Assembly (NCBI GenBank): GCA_964496205.1
Contig: CAZBXV010000001.1
Span: 30,680 to 94,679, forward strand
DNA: 64,000 bases
Reading direction: 5' to 3'
Source: an uncultured Acidimicrobiia bacterium
GTDB taxonomy: Bacteria; Actinomycetota; Acidimicrobiia; Spongiisociales; UBA4744
Shown here piece after piece: positions 45,352 through 55,082 of the stretch (the first letter of the stretch is position 1; the number at the start of each line of letters is the position of its first letter). A program made the position numbers and the translations under genes. The notes under the pieces are model-generated. The model had not been told where the DNA came from and did not search any database. It saw only the letters and a program-made list of their open reading frames with translations.

Positions 45352-46245
45352 TCACTCAGCCCGGCCTCCCACCTCGAACCCGGCGATCCCCTCGAGGGCT
45401 TTCACGAGGGCATGGTTCCCTTCGGAGCCGATCCCCTGGCGTTGCAGCGCGCGGTACAGCTGGAACACCAGAGCGGTCGCAGGAAGTGGGATCCCCAGTT
45501 CGTCGGCCGTTTCGAGAACGAGCCGGAGATCCTTCTGCTGGAGATCGATCGTGAAACCGGGCCGCCAATCGCGTTCGATCATCTGTGGACCGCGATTGGA
45601 AAGCATCCATGAGCCGGCAGCACCCCCTTCCACCGCGCAGAGGGTGCTGCGCAGATCCAGTCCGGCGCCCTGCGCGAACAGCAGCCCCTCGCTCACGGCC
45701 AGGCCCGTGACCACCACGAGTATCTGATTCACGAGCTTGACGGTCTGACCGGCTCCGGTCGGCCCAACATGGCCGATGGTGGAGGCGTACGAGTCGATGA
45801 AGGGCCTGACGCGTTCCAGCTGGCTGCTGTCACCACCGACCATGACGGCAAGTGTCCCTCTGGCCGCACCTTCGCTTCCTCCGCTCACGGGGGCGTCAAG
45901 CCAGTCTGCCCCGCGGGCACGAACCGCCTCGGCCATCTCGAGCGTGACGGAAGGGCTGATCGTCGAGTGATCCACGACGAGGGCGCCCTCGCGGAGTCCC
46001 TCCAGCAGGCCCCGCTCCCCCATCACCACCTCGCGCACGTCGGGTGAGTCGGAAACGCACACCATCACGATGTCGCAGCGACTCGCGACGTCTTCCGGTG
46101 ACGCGCCCCTGGCTGCTCCGGCGGCGGCCAGAGGATCCATACGCGATGCCGTCCGGTTCCACACGACCACCTCAAACCCCTTGTCGACCAGGTTGCGTGC
46201 CATCCCCGAACCCATGATTCCGAGTCCGATGAACCCGATGTTCAT
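45352..46245 (-). CDS. NAD(P)-binding 6-phosphogluconate-dehydrogenase-fold oxidoreductase (3-hydroxyisobutyrate dehydrogenase / 2-hydroxy-3-oxopropionate reductase family).
   Basis: MNIGFIGLGIMGSGMARNL is a Rossmann GxGxxG motif. The ATG at 46243-46245 is 5 nt after an AAGGAGG. Confidence 0.8.
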   Translation of the reverse strand: MNIGFIGLGIMGSGMARNLVDKGFEVVVWNRTASRMDPLAAAGAARGASPEDVASRCDIVMVCVSDSPDVREVVMGERGLLEGLREGALVVDHSTISPSVTLEMAEAVRARGADWLDAPVSGGSEGAARGTLAVMVGGDSSQLERVRPFIDSYASTIGHVGPTGAGQTVKLVNQILVVVTGLAVSEGLLFAQGAGLDLRSTLCAVEGGAAGSWMLSNRGPQMIERDWRPGFTIDLQQKDLRLVLETADELGIPLPATALVFQLYRALQRQGIGSEGNHALVKALEGIAGFEVGGRAE

Positions 46246-46521
46246 GTCCACCTCCTTGGGCACGTTTTGACCGAGACTAGAGACTCACAACCGCCTGTTC
46301 TTGCATGGACAGACCGTGGAATTGTCAGCCAACCCGCGCCAACGAGAAAGGGCTTCCAGTGGTGTGTCGTCCAATCAGTGTCTGGGTGTCTACGAGGGCA
46401 CGGCGTCATCTGGCCAGGACGCAGGACGAAGGCGCACCCGCAGCGGTGCGTCAAGGACGAGGACATCGCCAGGGGCGTCCGTGAGCCGCAGAGACCCGGC
46501 AATCATTCGGGCGACGGACAA

Positions 46522-47712
46522 CTAGTCCCTCGACCCCGCCTTGAGGGCATCCCGCAGCTTCACCTTGGCGCCGATCCTCAGGATCGAACCTTGGTAGATC
46601 CGCGCTCCGACGCGCAGCACCAGATAGGTAGCCAGCAGGATCAGCACGACCGACAACGCAACTTCCCACACCGGCACGTGGGTTACGGTCATGCGCGTCG
46701 GCATCACGAAGGGCGAGAACGGTGGGATGATCGAACCGAGATGTGGAAGGATCGCGTTGGGGTTCTCCAACGCGGCGATCCCCAAGAAGAACCCAGGGAG
46801 GATCACGACGACCGGGATGAACCCCACGCCCTGCGCATCCTCCTGGCGGGAGACCGTCGCCCCGAGCGCCGCGTAGAGAACGGCGAACAGGGCATACCCG
46901 AGCAGATACCAGACAACCACGGTCAACGCGACTCGTGCACCGATTCCGGCGAGGTCGACATTCACCACGTTCGCCCGGCTGAGCGTGAACAGCCCGGCAC
47001 CGCCGATGATCACGAGTTGGATGATGCCGAGGGCACCGATCCCGATCACCTTGCCCGCCAGTAGCTGACGGGGGCGGGTTCGGGAAAGGACGACTTCCAC
47101 CACTCTTGACTGTTTCTCCTCCATCACTCCCAACATCACGAACTGACCGAACATGAGGATCGAGATGTACAGGAGAAGCGACCCTACGTAGCTCGCTATC
47201 TGCTTGGGAGTCTGGGAAGGATCGGGAGCAGTCAACGAGCGAGAAGCAAGTGGTGCGGGAGCCAGCAGTCGGGCGGCTTCCTCCTGACTGAGGCCAAGCG
47301 ACGCGATGGTCTTGGCCCGGTCGAGCCCTTGCACGGCGGATGTCACAATCGACGTGAGTTGGTAGTTCGGGTCCTGGTTCCAGACGAGCTGCTCGCCATC
47401 GACCAGCAGGACATTGATGTCGCCCTTCTCGAGCGCTGCCTCTCCCTCGGCCGTTGAGGCGTAACTGCTGACCCCGACCGTCCGATCGAACGCCTTGGCC
47501 GACGCAGTGACGGCGTCATTGAAACCGTCTTGCACCGTTCCGGTAGTCCCGATCTTGTATGGCTTGGGGACGGCCGATTCTGCGGCGAGAAGCGGTCCAG
47601 CGATGACCACCACCCCGACTATCAGCAACATTGAGACGAGGAATGCCCTGCTTCGGATACGCTGAAGGAAGTCTCGCTGAGCGATCAGCATTACCTGTCG
47701 GAGCGGGCTCAT
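46522..47712 (-). CDS. ABC-2 family transporter permease.
   Basis: It has an N-terminal TM helix, a large extracytoplasmic loop and 5 C-terminal TM helices. It overlaps the ATPase stop by 4 bp. Confidence 0.7.
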   Translation of the reverse strand: MSPLRQVMLIAQRDFLQRIRSRAFLVSMLLIVGVVVIAGPLLAAESAVPKPYKIGTTGTVQDGFNDAVTASAKAFDRTVGVSSYASTAEGEAALEKGDINVLLVDGEQLVWNQDPNYQLTSIVTSAVQGLDRAKTIASLGLSQEEAARLLAPAPLASRSLTAPDPSQTPKQIASYVGSLLLYISILMFGQFVMLGVMEEKQSRVVEVVLSRTRPRQLLAGKVIGIGALGIIQLVIIGGAGLFTLSRANVVNVDLAGIGARVALTVVVWYLLGYALFAVLYAALGATVSRQEDAQGVGFIPVVVILPGFFLGIAALENPNAILPHLGSIIPPFSPFVMPTRMTVTHVPVWEVALSVVLILLATYLVLRVGARIYQGSILRIGAKVKLRDALKAGSRD

Positions 47713-48593
47713 CTCCGCACCGCCTGTCTGAAGAGATCGGAGAGGTTTGGTGGTTCGAAGCTGAAGCTGGTGACAGCTCCGGACTGCCGAGCCCGATGCA
47801 GGACCTCTTCGACGTCGGCATCCTTCTGAATCAGATACCGCTGGCCGTCATCCCCAACCGTTTCGATGCCGTTCATGCTTGGTGCCCACGGTTGTCCATC
47901 CACTCTGACCTCGAGGTGCCGGTAGTCGGAGCGGTCCCGAAGATCGGTCAGGTCACCGGCGAGCACAACCCGCCCGCGATCGATGATGACGACGTCCTGA
48001 CACACATCCTGGACGAGATCGAGCTGGTGGCTCGAGAAGACGATTCCTGCGCCGCTGTCCGCCAGCTCCCTCAATGTGGCTGCCATGTCTTCTACGCCTA
48101 TTGGATCCAAGCCCGCGAATGGCTCATCGAGCACCGCCAGTTCCGGCCCGTGGACGAGCGACACGGCAAGCTGCACCCGCTGCTGGTTGCCGTGCGACAG
48201 GTCTTCGAGCTTCGAGAGGGCCCTGTCGGCCAGGCCCAGCCTCGACAGCCACCGGTCGGCCGACGATGAGGCGGCAGATGGATCCATACCCGAAAGGCGC
48301 CCGAAGTACACGAGCTGTTCCCTGATCTTCATCTTCGAGTAGAGGCCACGTTCTTCCGGCATGTAGCCAAACCTAAGGTGCTCCTGGGGGCCCACAGGCG
48401 ACCCGTTCCAGCGGACCTCACCCGCGTCTGGGCGTACGAGCCCGAAGACGCAGCGCATCGCCGTCGTCTTGCCTGCGCCGTTCGGGCCGAGAAACCCGAC
48501 TACTCGACCTGGCCGTACGTCGAAGCTGACACCATCGAGCGCAGTGACGTTTCCGTACTGCTTCCGAAGGCCTGAGAGTTCCAGCATTCCCAC
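47709..48593 (-). CDS. ABC transporter ATP-binding protein (ABC-2 partner).
   Basis: It has Walker A (GPNGAGKTT), the signature (LSHGNQQRVQLAVSL) and Walker B (VLDEPFAGLD). Confidence 0.85.
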   Translation of the reverse strand: MGMLELSGLRKQYGNVTALDGVSFDVRPGRVVGFLGPNGAGKTTAMRCVFGLVRPDAGEVRWNGSPVGPQEHLRFGYMPEERGLYSKMKIREQLVYFGRLSGMDPSAASSSADRWLSRLGLADRALSKLEDLSHGNQQRVQLAVSLVHGPELAVLDEPFAGLDPIGVEDMAATLRELADSGAGIVFSSHQLDLVQDVCQDVVIIDRGRVVLAGDLTDLRDRSDYRHLEVRVDGQPWAPSMNGIETVGDDGQRYLIQKDADVEEVLHRARQSGAVTSFSFEPPNLSDLFRQAVRR

Positions 48594-48639
48594 CTCGTGT
48601 CCCCCCTACTCTGCCAGATCCTCGACGTGTAGGCGAAGC

Positions 48640-50055
48640 TCAGCGGACCGACCGGGCGGCACTGAGAGGACCGAGGCCGACGTCCCAGAGTTCGTCCGCG
48701 ACCGCGAATGCCTCGGTCGCCTCTGGAGCCAGAGGCGAACCGATCGGCATGTGCGCGGGGTCTGGTCTGAATCTCACGAATCCACCCAAGACGCCAGGGC
48801 CGAGCTCGAGGGTTGCGTCGTGAGGATCGTTCTCATCGACGACCTCAAAGCCACAGTCGCGCCGGGCCAAGCACCTGGTCTCTGTTTGAACTCGAGGAGA
48901 CTCGACGGACGTATAGGCGGCGCCGCCTCTGTGAAGATCTGCCGCCTCGACTATGAGCTGTTCGAGGTACCGCGGCCGGTAGTCGAGGTCTGCTCCTTCG
49001 ACGAGCACCCGACCCAGCAGACCGAATGGGAGATCTCCCAATGAACCAATCATCGGCCCGATCGAGGCACCGGTCCGGGCGTTCAGTTCGGTCGGACGGA
49101 AACCGCGCTCGGTCATGATCCCGTCGATGGTGAAACCTCCTCGGTAGCCGACCGTATCTCGCAGGGTGCGACCGACGGCCCTTGCAATGGCGCGCATTGC
49201 CTCCCTGTCCTCGTCGGGTGGGTCCCAGAAGGTGGCGGTCCCCGCGTAGAGAAGCGCTGTGCTCGATTCACGGCGAAGAACGATCAGTTCCGCGGGCCTG
49301 AAGACGATGACGTCATCGGGAAACACCACCCCTTGGATGGAACACGGGATGCCTTCCAAGAACGGCATCACACGGACCGTGTCGCAGTGTTCGGAAAAGA
49401 AGGGCTGCACCTCTTCGATGTCGCTGGCGGATGTGACCCAACGCAGATAGACGGCGCCGCCGTTGAATCCCTCCCTGGCATCACCCGCCAGGACGGTCCC
49501 CATGCCGCGATCGAGCTGATGGTGTGCCAGCTCTAGCTCGTCGACCGTGGCGGGCACGACGGTCGATTCCTCTCGAGGCACCCCCGCAGCATCCCAGATG
49601 ACCTCCGCCCGGACCTTGTCTTCGAGCACCTCCCACTCCGGTTTACGCCCGCCCCACACCGGACGTCCGTCGAGTTCGTCGACCGTGAAGAGAGGGTGTC
49701 CCATCATGAACGCTTCTCGGTTCGGATCCCACCGGTTGATCGCCTCTTTGACATCGGGGGGAAGGTCCCGGAGCAGGGCGCCCAACCGACGGAAGGCGTC
49801 GATGATGTCCGTGGGAGTGCCGCTGTCGACCACACTCCACTCCGCGTCACTCGGGTCAGGCATCGAACCTGTCCCGATCCCGGCGGCGACAATGAACGGC
49901 CGGTCGGCCCCAAGTGAGCGAAGCACAGTGACGAAGCGGCCGAACCCAGCAAGGACCTCGCCGGCGAGGATGAACTTCCGTCCCTCGACGAAGGGTCGGA
50001 CGAGTTCCCGGTAGTACTCGGCGTCCATCTGAGGACGGTAGCCCAAGTGGCCCAT
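48640..50055 (-). CDS. Hypothetical protein with ATP-grasp-like motifs.
   Basis: DKVRAEVIWDAAGVP, FLEGIPCSIQGVVF and GGFTIDGIMTERGFRPTELNARTG (ExNxR Mg-binding motif) fit an ATP-grasp fold. The start is either the ATG at 50055 or the one at 50028. Confidence 0.5.
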   Translation of the reverse strand: MGHLGYRPQMDAEYYRELVRPFVEGRKFILAGEVLAGFGRFVTVLRSLGADRPFIVAAGIGTGSMPDPSDAEWSVVDSGTPTDIIDAFRRLGALLRDLPPDVKEAINRWDPNREAFMMGHPLFTVDELDGRPVWGGRKPEWEVLEDKVRAEVIWDAAGVPREESTVVPATVDELELAHHQLDRGMGTVLAGDAREGFNGGAVYLRWVTSASDIEEVQPFFSEHCDTVRVMPFLEGIPCSIQGVVFPDDVIVFRPAELIVLRRESSTALLYAGTATFWDPPDEDREAMRAIARAVGRTLRDTVGYRGGFTIDGIMTERGFRPTELNARTGASIGPMIGSLGDLPFGLLGRVLVEGADLDYRPRYLEQLIVEAADLHRGGAAYTSVESPRVQTETRCLARRDCGFEVVDENDPHDATLELGPGVLGGFVRFRPDPAHMPIGSPLAPEATEAFAVADELWDVGLGPLSAARSVR

Positions 50056-50155
50056 TCCATGGGCGCATTTGCGGCCGTGAGGCGGTCTGTGCCCCAACTT
50101 GGGAATCGGGTTTCGTTCCCGTAGATTTGCAGCCACAAAGCAAGGTGGACAGGTG

Positions 50156-51292
50156 ATGAAGCTAGGCGTACCCAATCAGACCGCTCAAAGAGAGCGGCGA
50201 GTCGCCATCACCCCGGATGTCACGGCCAAGTTCGTGAAGCAATCATTCGAGATGGTGGTACAAGCGGGAGCCGGTACAGCATCCGGTTTCCTCGACGAGG
50301 AGTACATGAACGCAGGCGCTTCCATCGTTTCGGAAGCGTCTTCCGCGTGGGGCTGCGATGTGGTGGTCTCGGTAGAGCCGCCTGAGAATGACCGGATCGC
50401 GCTCATGAAGCGTGGCGCGGTCCTGATCGGTCTCATGCAGCCGCTGGATCGACCGAAAGTGGCGGCGGCGCTCGCAGCGGCCGGTGTGACAACACTGGCA
50501 TTTGAGACGGTTCCTCGCACGACCAAGGCGCAGTCGATGGATGTGTTGTCGTCCCAAGCAACAGCTGCCGGCTATCAAGCGGTGCTCGAGGCGGCGACGG
50601 CCATCACGAAGTTCTTCCCCATGTTGACGACTGCAGCAGGAACCATCGCTCCGGCAAAGGTCCTCGTGCTCGGAGCTGGAGTCGCTGGTCTTCAGGCGAT
50701 CGCGACGGCGAAGCGGCTCGGAGCGATGGTCTCGGCCTACGACGTGCGGGCTGCGGTTGCCGAACAAGTCGAGAGCCTCGGTGCTCGATTCGTGAACCTC
50801 GAACTCGAGGAGCAGGACGAGAGTGCCGGCGGCTACGCAAGGGAGCTGGAGGCAGACGCTCAGAAACGGCTCCTCATGCAGCTCGGCGAGCATGTCTCCC
50901 GCAACGACGTCATCATCTCGACGGCAGCCATTCCGGGCAAACGCGCACCTCTCCTCGTCACCAGAGAGATGGTCGAGGCGATGAGACCGGGTTCCGTGAT
51001 CGTCGACTTGGCAGTCGCTACTGGCGGCAACTGCGAGTTGTCCGTAGCCGACGAGGTCGTCGTGCACAACGGGGTGAAGATCCTCGCACCGACCGATCTG
51101 GTCAGCGGAGTCGCTACCAATACGAGCCAGATGTTCGCCCGCAATACTCTCAATCTCCTCTCGCATCTGGTGCACGAGGAGGGGTTGAGGATCGACCTCG
51201 ACGACGAGATCACGGCCGGGGCGTGTATCACGCACGATGGAAACGTCGTGAACGAGCGTGTGCGGTCTCTGCTGGAAGGAGGAGTGAGCTGA
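50156..51292 (+). CDS. pntAA: NAD(P) transhydrogenase subunit alpha part 1.
   Basis: It has an alanine-dehydrogenase/PNT fold (LVLGAGVAGLQAIATAKRLGAMVSAYDVR). The start is MKLGVP at 50156. Confidence 0.85.
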   Translation: MKLGVPNQTAQRERRVAITPDVTAKFVKQSFEMVVQAGAGTASGFLDEEYMNAGASIVSEASSAWGCDVVVSVEPPENDRIALMKRGAVLIGLMQPLDRPKVAAALAAAGVTTLAFETVPRTTKAQSMDVLSSQATAAGYQAVLEAATAITKFFPMLTTAAGTIAPAKVLVLGAGVAGLQAIATAKRLGAMVSAYDVRAAVAEQVESLGARFVNLELEEQDESAGGYARELEADAQKRLLMQLGEHVSRNDVIISTAAIPGKRAPLLVTREMVEAMRPGSVIVDLAVATGGNCELSVADEVVVHNGVKILAPTDLVSGVATNTSQMFARNTLNLLSHLVHEEGLRIDLDDEITAGACITHDGNVVNERVRSLLEGGVS

Positions 51293-51576
51293 TGGACCTA
51301 CTGATTTCCATCACAGTCTTCGTCCTCGCTGCCTATGTGGGATTCGAAGTCATCACCAAGGTGCCGCCAACGCTGCACACGCCGCTGATGTCGGGCTCAA
51401 ACGCGATTTCGGGCATCACGATCATCGGCGCGCTGGTCGTGGCCGGCCGGTATGGAGGGGTGGCGGGCGTCGTGCTCGGATTCCTCGCAGTTGCGTTCGC
51501 CATGATCAACGTGGTCGGCGGCTTCTGGGTCACTGACCGGATGCTCCAGATGTTCAGGCGAGAGGGCCGGTCATGA
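51292..51576 (+). CDS. pntAB: NAD(P) transhydrogenase subunit alpha part 2 (membrane).
   Basis: The 94-aa product has 3 TM helices. The ATG at 51292 overlaps the pntAA stop. Confidence 0.8.
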   Translation: MDLLISITVFVLAAYVGFEVITKVPPTLHTPLMSGSNAISGITIIGALVVAGRYGGVAGVVLGFLAVAFAMINVVGGFWVTDRMLQMFRREGRS

Positions 51577-52970
51577 ACGAAACGCAAGGTCTCATCGGGC
51601 CGGTTCTTGCCGGCTATCTGTACCTGCTGGCTGCGGTCCTGTTCATCGTCGGTCTGAAGAGACTCCAGAGCCCGGCGACCGCTCGGCGAGGCAACCAGAT
51701 CGGCGGTGCGGGCATGCTGCTGGCAATCGTCGTGACACTCGTCCACTACGAGATCTTGAGCTGGTGGGTGATCCTCGCCGGCATCGTCGTAGGGGGTGGG
51801 GTCGGTCTCTTGCTCGCCAAGACCGTCGAAATGACGGCCATGCCTCAGCTCGTTGCGGCGTTCAACGGATTCGGCGGTGGCGCATCGGCACTCGTCGCCG
51901 CGGCCGAACTCATCGAGAACCAGGGCAACCTGGATCTCCGTGCCGGGATCACCGTCGCGCTGACCATCCTGGTTGGTGGAGTCACACTGTCCGGAAGCTT
52001 CGTTGCCTACGCCAAGTTGCAGGGACTGGTGCCGGGTCGCCCGTTTGGATACCCCGGCCAGAAGGTAGGCGACTCGCTGCTCGTGGTCGTCATCCTCGCC
52101 CTGATCGTGTGGCTGATCGTGGGCGAGAGTGTCATCGTGATGTGGGTGTTGCTCGCCCTAGCGCTGATCCTGGGCATCGTTCGAGTAGTGCCGATCGGCG
52201 GTGCAGACATGCCGGTTGTGATCTCCTTCTTGAACGCATTCTCGGGCATTGCGGCGGCCCTGGCTGGTTTTGTGATCCAGGAGAACGCGCTCATCATTTC
52301 GGGAGCGTTGGTTGGGGCCTCGGGCTTGATCCTGACCAACATCATGGTGAAGGCCATGAACCGCACGCTCGGTCACGTGCTGTTCGCTGCGTTTGGTGGC
52401 GATGACAGCACCGGCGCCGGGGGCGGCAGCGGAGACAAGCCGGTCCGGAGCGCTTCCGCCGAGGATGTCGCAATCACTCTCGGATACGCCGATTCCGTGA
52501 TCATCGTGCCCGGCTACGGTCTGGCCGTTGCACAGGCACAGCACAACCTGAAGGAACTCGCCGGTCTTCTCGAAGACCGCGGCGTGGAAGTGCGGTATGC
52601 GATTCATCCGGTGGCAGGACGCATGCCAGGTCACATGAACGTACTGCTTGCCGAAGCGGACGTTTCCTACGACAAGTTGTTCGCGCTCGATGAGATCGAA
52701 GACGATTTCCCTCGTACCGATGTCGCACTCGTCGTCGGCGCCAACGACGTCGTCAACCCGTCGGCACGCGACGACTCCACGAGCCCGATCTACGGGATGC
52801 CAATCCTCAACGTGGACCTCGCCAAGCACGCAATCGTGATCAAGCGGAGTCTGTCACCGGGGTTCGCAGGCATCGACAACCCGTTGTTTTACGAGGACAA
52901 CACGTTGATGTTCTTCTCCGACGCGAAGAAGGGCATCGCCGAGATCGTGAACTCGGTGAAGGAGCTGTAG
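51573..52970 (+). CDS. pntB: NAD(P) transhydrogenase subunit beta.
   Basis: It has multiple TM helices and a C-terminal NADP(H)-binding dIII domain (IIVPGYGLAVAQAQHNLKEL...GANDVVNP). Confidence 0.85.
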   Translation: MNETQGLIGPVLAGYLYLLAAVLFIVGLKRLQSPATARRGNQIGGAGMLLAIVVTLVHYEILSWWVILAGIVVGGGVGLLLAKTVEMTAMPQLVAAFNGFGGGASALVAAAELIENQGNLDLRAGITVALTILVGGVTLSGSFVAYAKLQGLVPGRPFGYPGQKVGDSLLVVVILALIVWLIVGESVIVMWVLLALALILGIVRVVPIGGADMPVVISFLNAFSGIAAALAGFVIQENALIISGALVGASGLILTNIMVKAMNRTLGHVLFAAFGGDDSTGAGGGSGDKPVRSASAEDVAITLGYADSVIIVPGYGLAVAQAQHNLKELAGLLEDRGVEVRYAIHPVAGRMPGHMNVLLAEADVSYDKLFALDEIEDDFPRTDVALVVGANDVVNPSARDDSTSPIYGMPILNVDLAKHAIVIKRSLSPGFAGIDNPLFYEDNTLMFFSDAKKGIAEIVNSVKEL

Positions 52971-52974
52971 GGCC

Positions 52975-53565
52975 TTGGAGTTCAGCGATGTCGTGCGGCA
53001 CCGCCGCATGGTGCGCAATTACACGGACGATCCGGTCGATCAGGCAACGATCGACCGGATCGTCGCGTACGGATCGAAGGCTCCCAGCGCAGGTTTCACC
53101 CAGGGTCAGTCGTTCGTTGTTGTCACCGACGCGGCGACACGTGGCGCAATCGCCCAGCTGGCAGGTGAGAGCCACTACGTTGCCCAAGGATTCGATCCCT
53201 GGATCAGCAGGGCACCGGTCCATGTCGTCGTCTGCGTTTCCGAGGATGCGTATCACCGTCGATACCAGGAGTCCGACAAGACGGACGCGAACGGACAGGA
53301 GATCGCGTGGCCTGTCCCGTACTGGTGGGTTGATGCAGGTGCGTCGATGATGATGCTTCTACTCGGGGCCGTAGACGAAGGTCTCGCGGCCGGGTTCCTG
53401 GGAGTCCACTCCATCCCCGGACTCCGGGCACTTCTGAGTATCCCCGGTTCGGTTGCTCCCATCGGCGTGGTGACGATTGGGCACCCTGCTCCGGACCGGA
53501 GGTCAGGATCTCTCCGGCGCGGGCACCGCCCTCTCGCGGATGTCATTCACAGAGAGCGTTGGTAG
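52975..53565 (+). CDS. Nitroreductase-family protein.
   Basis: RRMVRNYTDDPVDQATIDRIVAYGSKAPSAGFTQGQSFVVV is a nitroreductase N-terminal pattern. The start is a TTG at 52975. Confidence 0.75.
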   Translation: MEFSDVVRHRRMVRNYTDDPVDQATIDRIVAYGSKAPSAGFTQGQSFVVVTDAATRGAIAQLAGESHYVAQGFDPWISRAPVHVVVCVSEDAYHRRYQESDKTDANGQEIAWPVPYWWVDAGASMMMLLLGAVDEGLAAGFLGVHSIPGLRALLSIPGSVAPIGVVTIGHPAPDRRSGSLRRGHRPLADVIHRERW

Positions 53566-53698
53566 CGCTCGGGCCTCAGGCACGTCGTGAGGTGGCATCC
53601 TGGTCGGACTGCAACCATCGTGACTGGACGCTACCTCCCCTATTCTCTGCGCTGACCGGCTGTAACGCCTGTGAATGCCAAGAGACTTGCACCGTGAG

Positions 53699-54478
53699 AT
53701 GAAACCGATTCGCGACCTTCGCTCCTACGGAGACTTCCTCGTAGGCCGAGCCGACCCTACCGAGGGTGGGCGGATCGCTCGTCGCGCCATGGCCGAACCG
53801 CTGAGACGAACCCACTGGTTGAGGCGGGTGATCGTCGTCATGGGATCGGTCGTCACATTGGTGGGGGCAAACGTAGGAATGGCGTTCGCGGCGAACGGGT
53901 CGATTCCAGGCGACCCCCTCTACGGACTCGACAGAGCGTACGAACGTGTCGAGATCGCCATTGGCCTGCATCCGAATCTCGCCGCCGAGCGGTTCGATGA
54001 AGCGTCCAAGCTCGTGGATCGCGGTGACATTGCGGCGGCGTTCGAAACGGCGTCGGAGGGTGCCGCCGACCTCGATGGGTCAAGCGGGATCGGAGCGACG
54101 CTTTCTCAGCTCGCCAGAGACCTGGGAGAGGCCAATATGGCAGCGCTCCCGACCGACGTTCGGCAAGCCTTGACCCAGCAGGCCCAAGAGCTCTTCGGCA
54201 TTGGGAAGGCCGTGTCGACAGCTGCGACGACACACCTGAGCGAGGCCATGTCGAGTCGAGCGGAGCAGGTGTTGACGACGGTCAGGCTAGCCCAGGAAGA
54301 GATGCGCCAAGCTCGAGAAGACTTCGTTCCTCCGGGTCAGACCGACAATCCGGGACTGGGTGGGGAGACGCCGCCCGGCCAGGACGGAACACCCGGCAAG
54401 TCCGATGAGGCACCCGGCCAGGACGGAACACCCGGCAAGTCTGGCGACGCGCCAGGACAGGACGCATCGTCCAAATAG
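53699..54478 (+). CDS. DUF5667-like membrane protein with a C-terminal PGQDGTPGKS repeat (possible sigma-factor-associated or anti-sigma-like protein).
   Basis: A short N-terminus and one TM helix (VIVVMGSVVTLVGANVGMAFAA) are followed by GDPLYGLDRAYERVEIA, which is DUF5667-like. The C-terminus has 13-aa tandem repeats. Confidence 0.55.
   Translation: MKPIRDLRSYGDFLVGRADPTEGGRIARRAMAEPLRRTHWLRRVIVVMGSVVTLVGANVGMAFAANGSIPGDPLYGLDRAYERVEIAIGLHPNLAAERFDEASKLVDRGDIAAAFETASEGAADLDGSSGIGATLSQLARDLGEANMAALPTDVRQALTQQAQELFGIGKAVSTAATTHLSEAMSSRAEQVLTTVRLAQEEMRQAREDFVPPGQTDNPGLGGETPPGQDGTPGKSDEAPGQDGTPGKSGDAPGQDASSK
54374..54465 (+). repeat. 39-bp tandem repeat (about 2.3 copies) inside the DUF5667-like gene.
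   Basis: cccggccaggacggaacacccggcaagtc is repeated at 54374 and 54413 with a partial third copy. It encodes PGQDGTPGKS(D/G)(E/D)A. Confidence 0.5.
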
Positions 54479-54512
54479 CAGGTATTTCCCAATCCTCTGG
54501 TAACAAGAGGGC

Positions 54513-55082
54513 GTGAATCAGCTCCGGCAGTGGCCACCACAGATCGACGTCGTCGAACGTGCGCGAGACGGCGACCGAGACTCGATTGCCGCACTCTTCT
54601 CTGCCGGGTACCCACGTCTCATCGGATTCTTCAGGGTGGCAGGAGCTCCGCCACCCGACGCCGAGGACTTGGCGACCGCGACGATCGAAGCGATGGTCAA
54701 GAACCTCCCAAGGCTCCGTGCACCGGTGGCGTTCGAAGCGTGGTTCTGGTCGATTGCTCGAGCCCAACTGCGAACCTGGATCAGAAAGCGCCGCCGCCCG
54801 CGTGCCGAACCCCCTATCTCCCCCGAGCCGAGCCACCCCGACGAGAGGGCGGAGGAAAGCGAGGAGCACTCGCTTGTCGTCAAAGCTCTTGGCGCGCTCT
54901 CACCACGTGACCGAGAACTCCTGTGGTTGAGAGAAGTCGAGGAACTCAGCTACGAGGAGATTGGGGGACGGCTTCGTTCGAGCGTGGGTACGGTGCGAGT
55001 CGCGTGCCACAGGGCACGCAAACGCCTGGAGGAGGCGTATCAACGATTGGAGACCGGTGGAGACCATCACCTCGACCAGTAA
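54513..55082 (+). CDS. ECF-type RNA polymerase sigma factor (sigma-70 regions 2 and 4).
   Basis: Region 2 (LATATIEAMVKNLPRLRAPVAFEAWFWSIARAQ) and region 4 (LSPRDRELLWLREVEELSYEEIGGRLRSSVGTVRVACHRARKRL) are present. Confidence 0.8.
   Translation: MNQLRQWPPQIDVVERARDGDRDSIAALFSAGYPRLIGFFRVAGAPPPDAEDLATATIEAMVKNLPRLRAPVAFEAWFWSIARAQLRTWIRKRRRPRAEPPISPEPSHPDERAEESEEHSLVVKALGALSPRDRELLWLREVEELSYEEIGGRLRSSVGTVRVACHRARKRLEEAYQRLETGGDHHLDQ

Noticed and set aside
50243-51235. 330-aa minus-strand ORF antisense to pntAA. Similar cases are 52158-52829, 55580-56953, 55824-56639, 58191-58922 and 58388-59278.
   Set aside because: These are alternative or antisense frames of strongly supported genes with arginine/histidine-rich translations.
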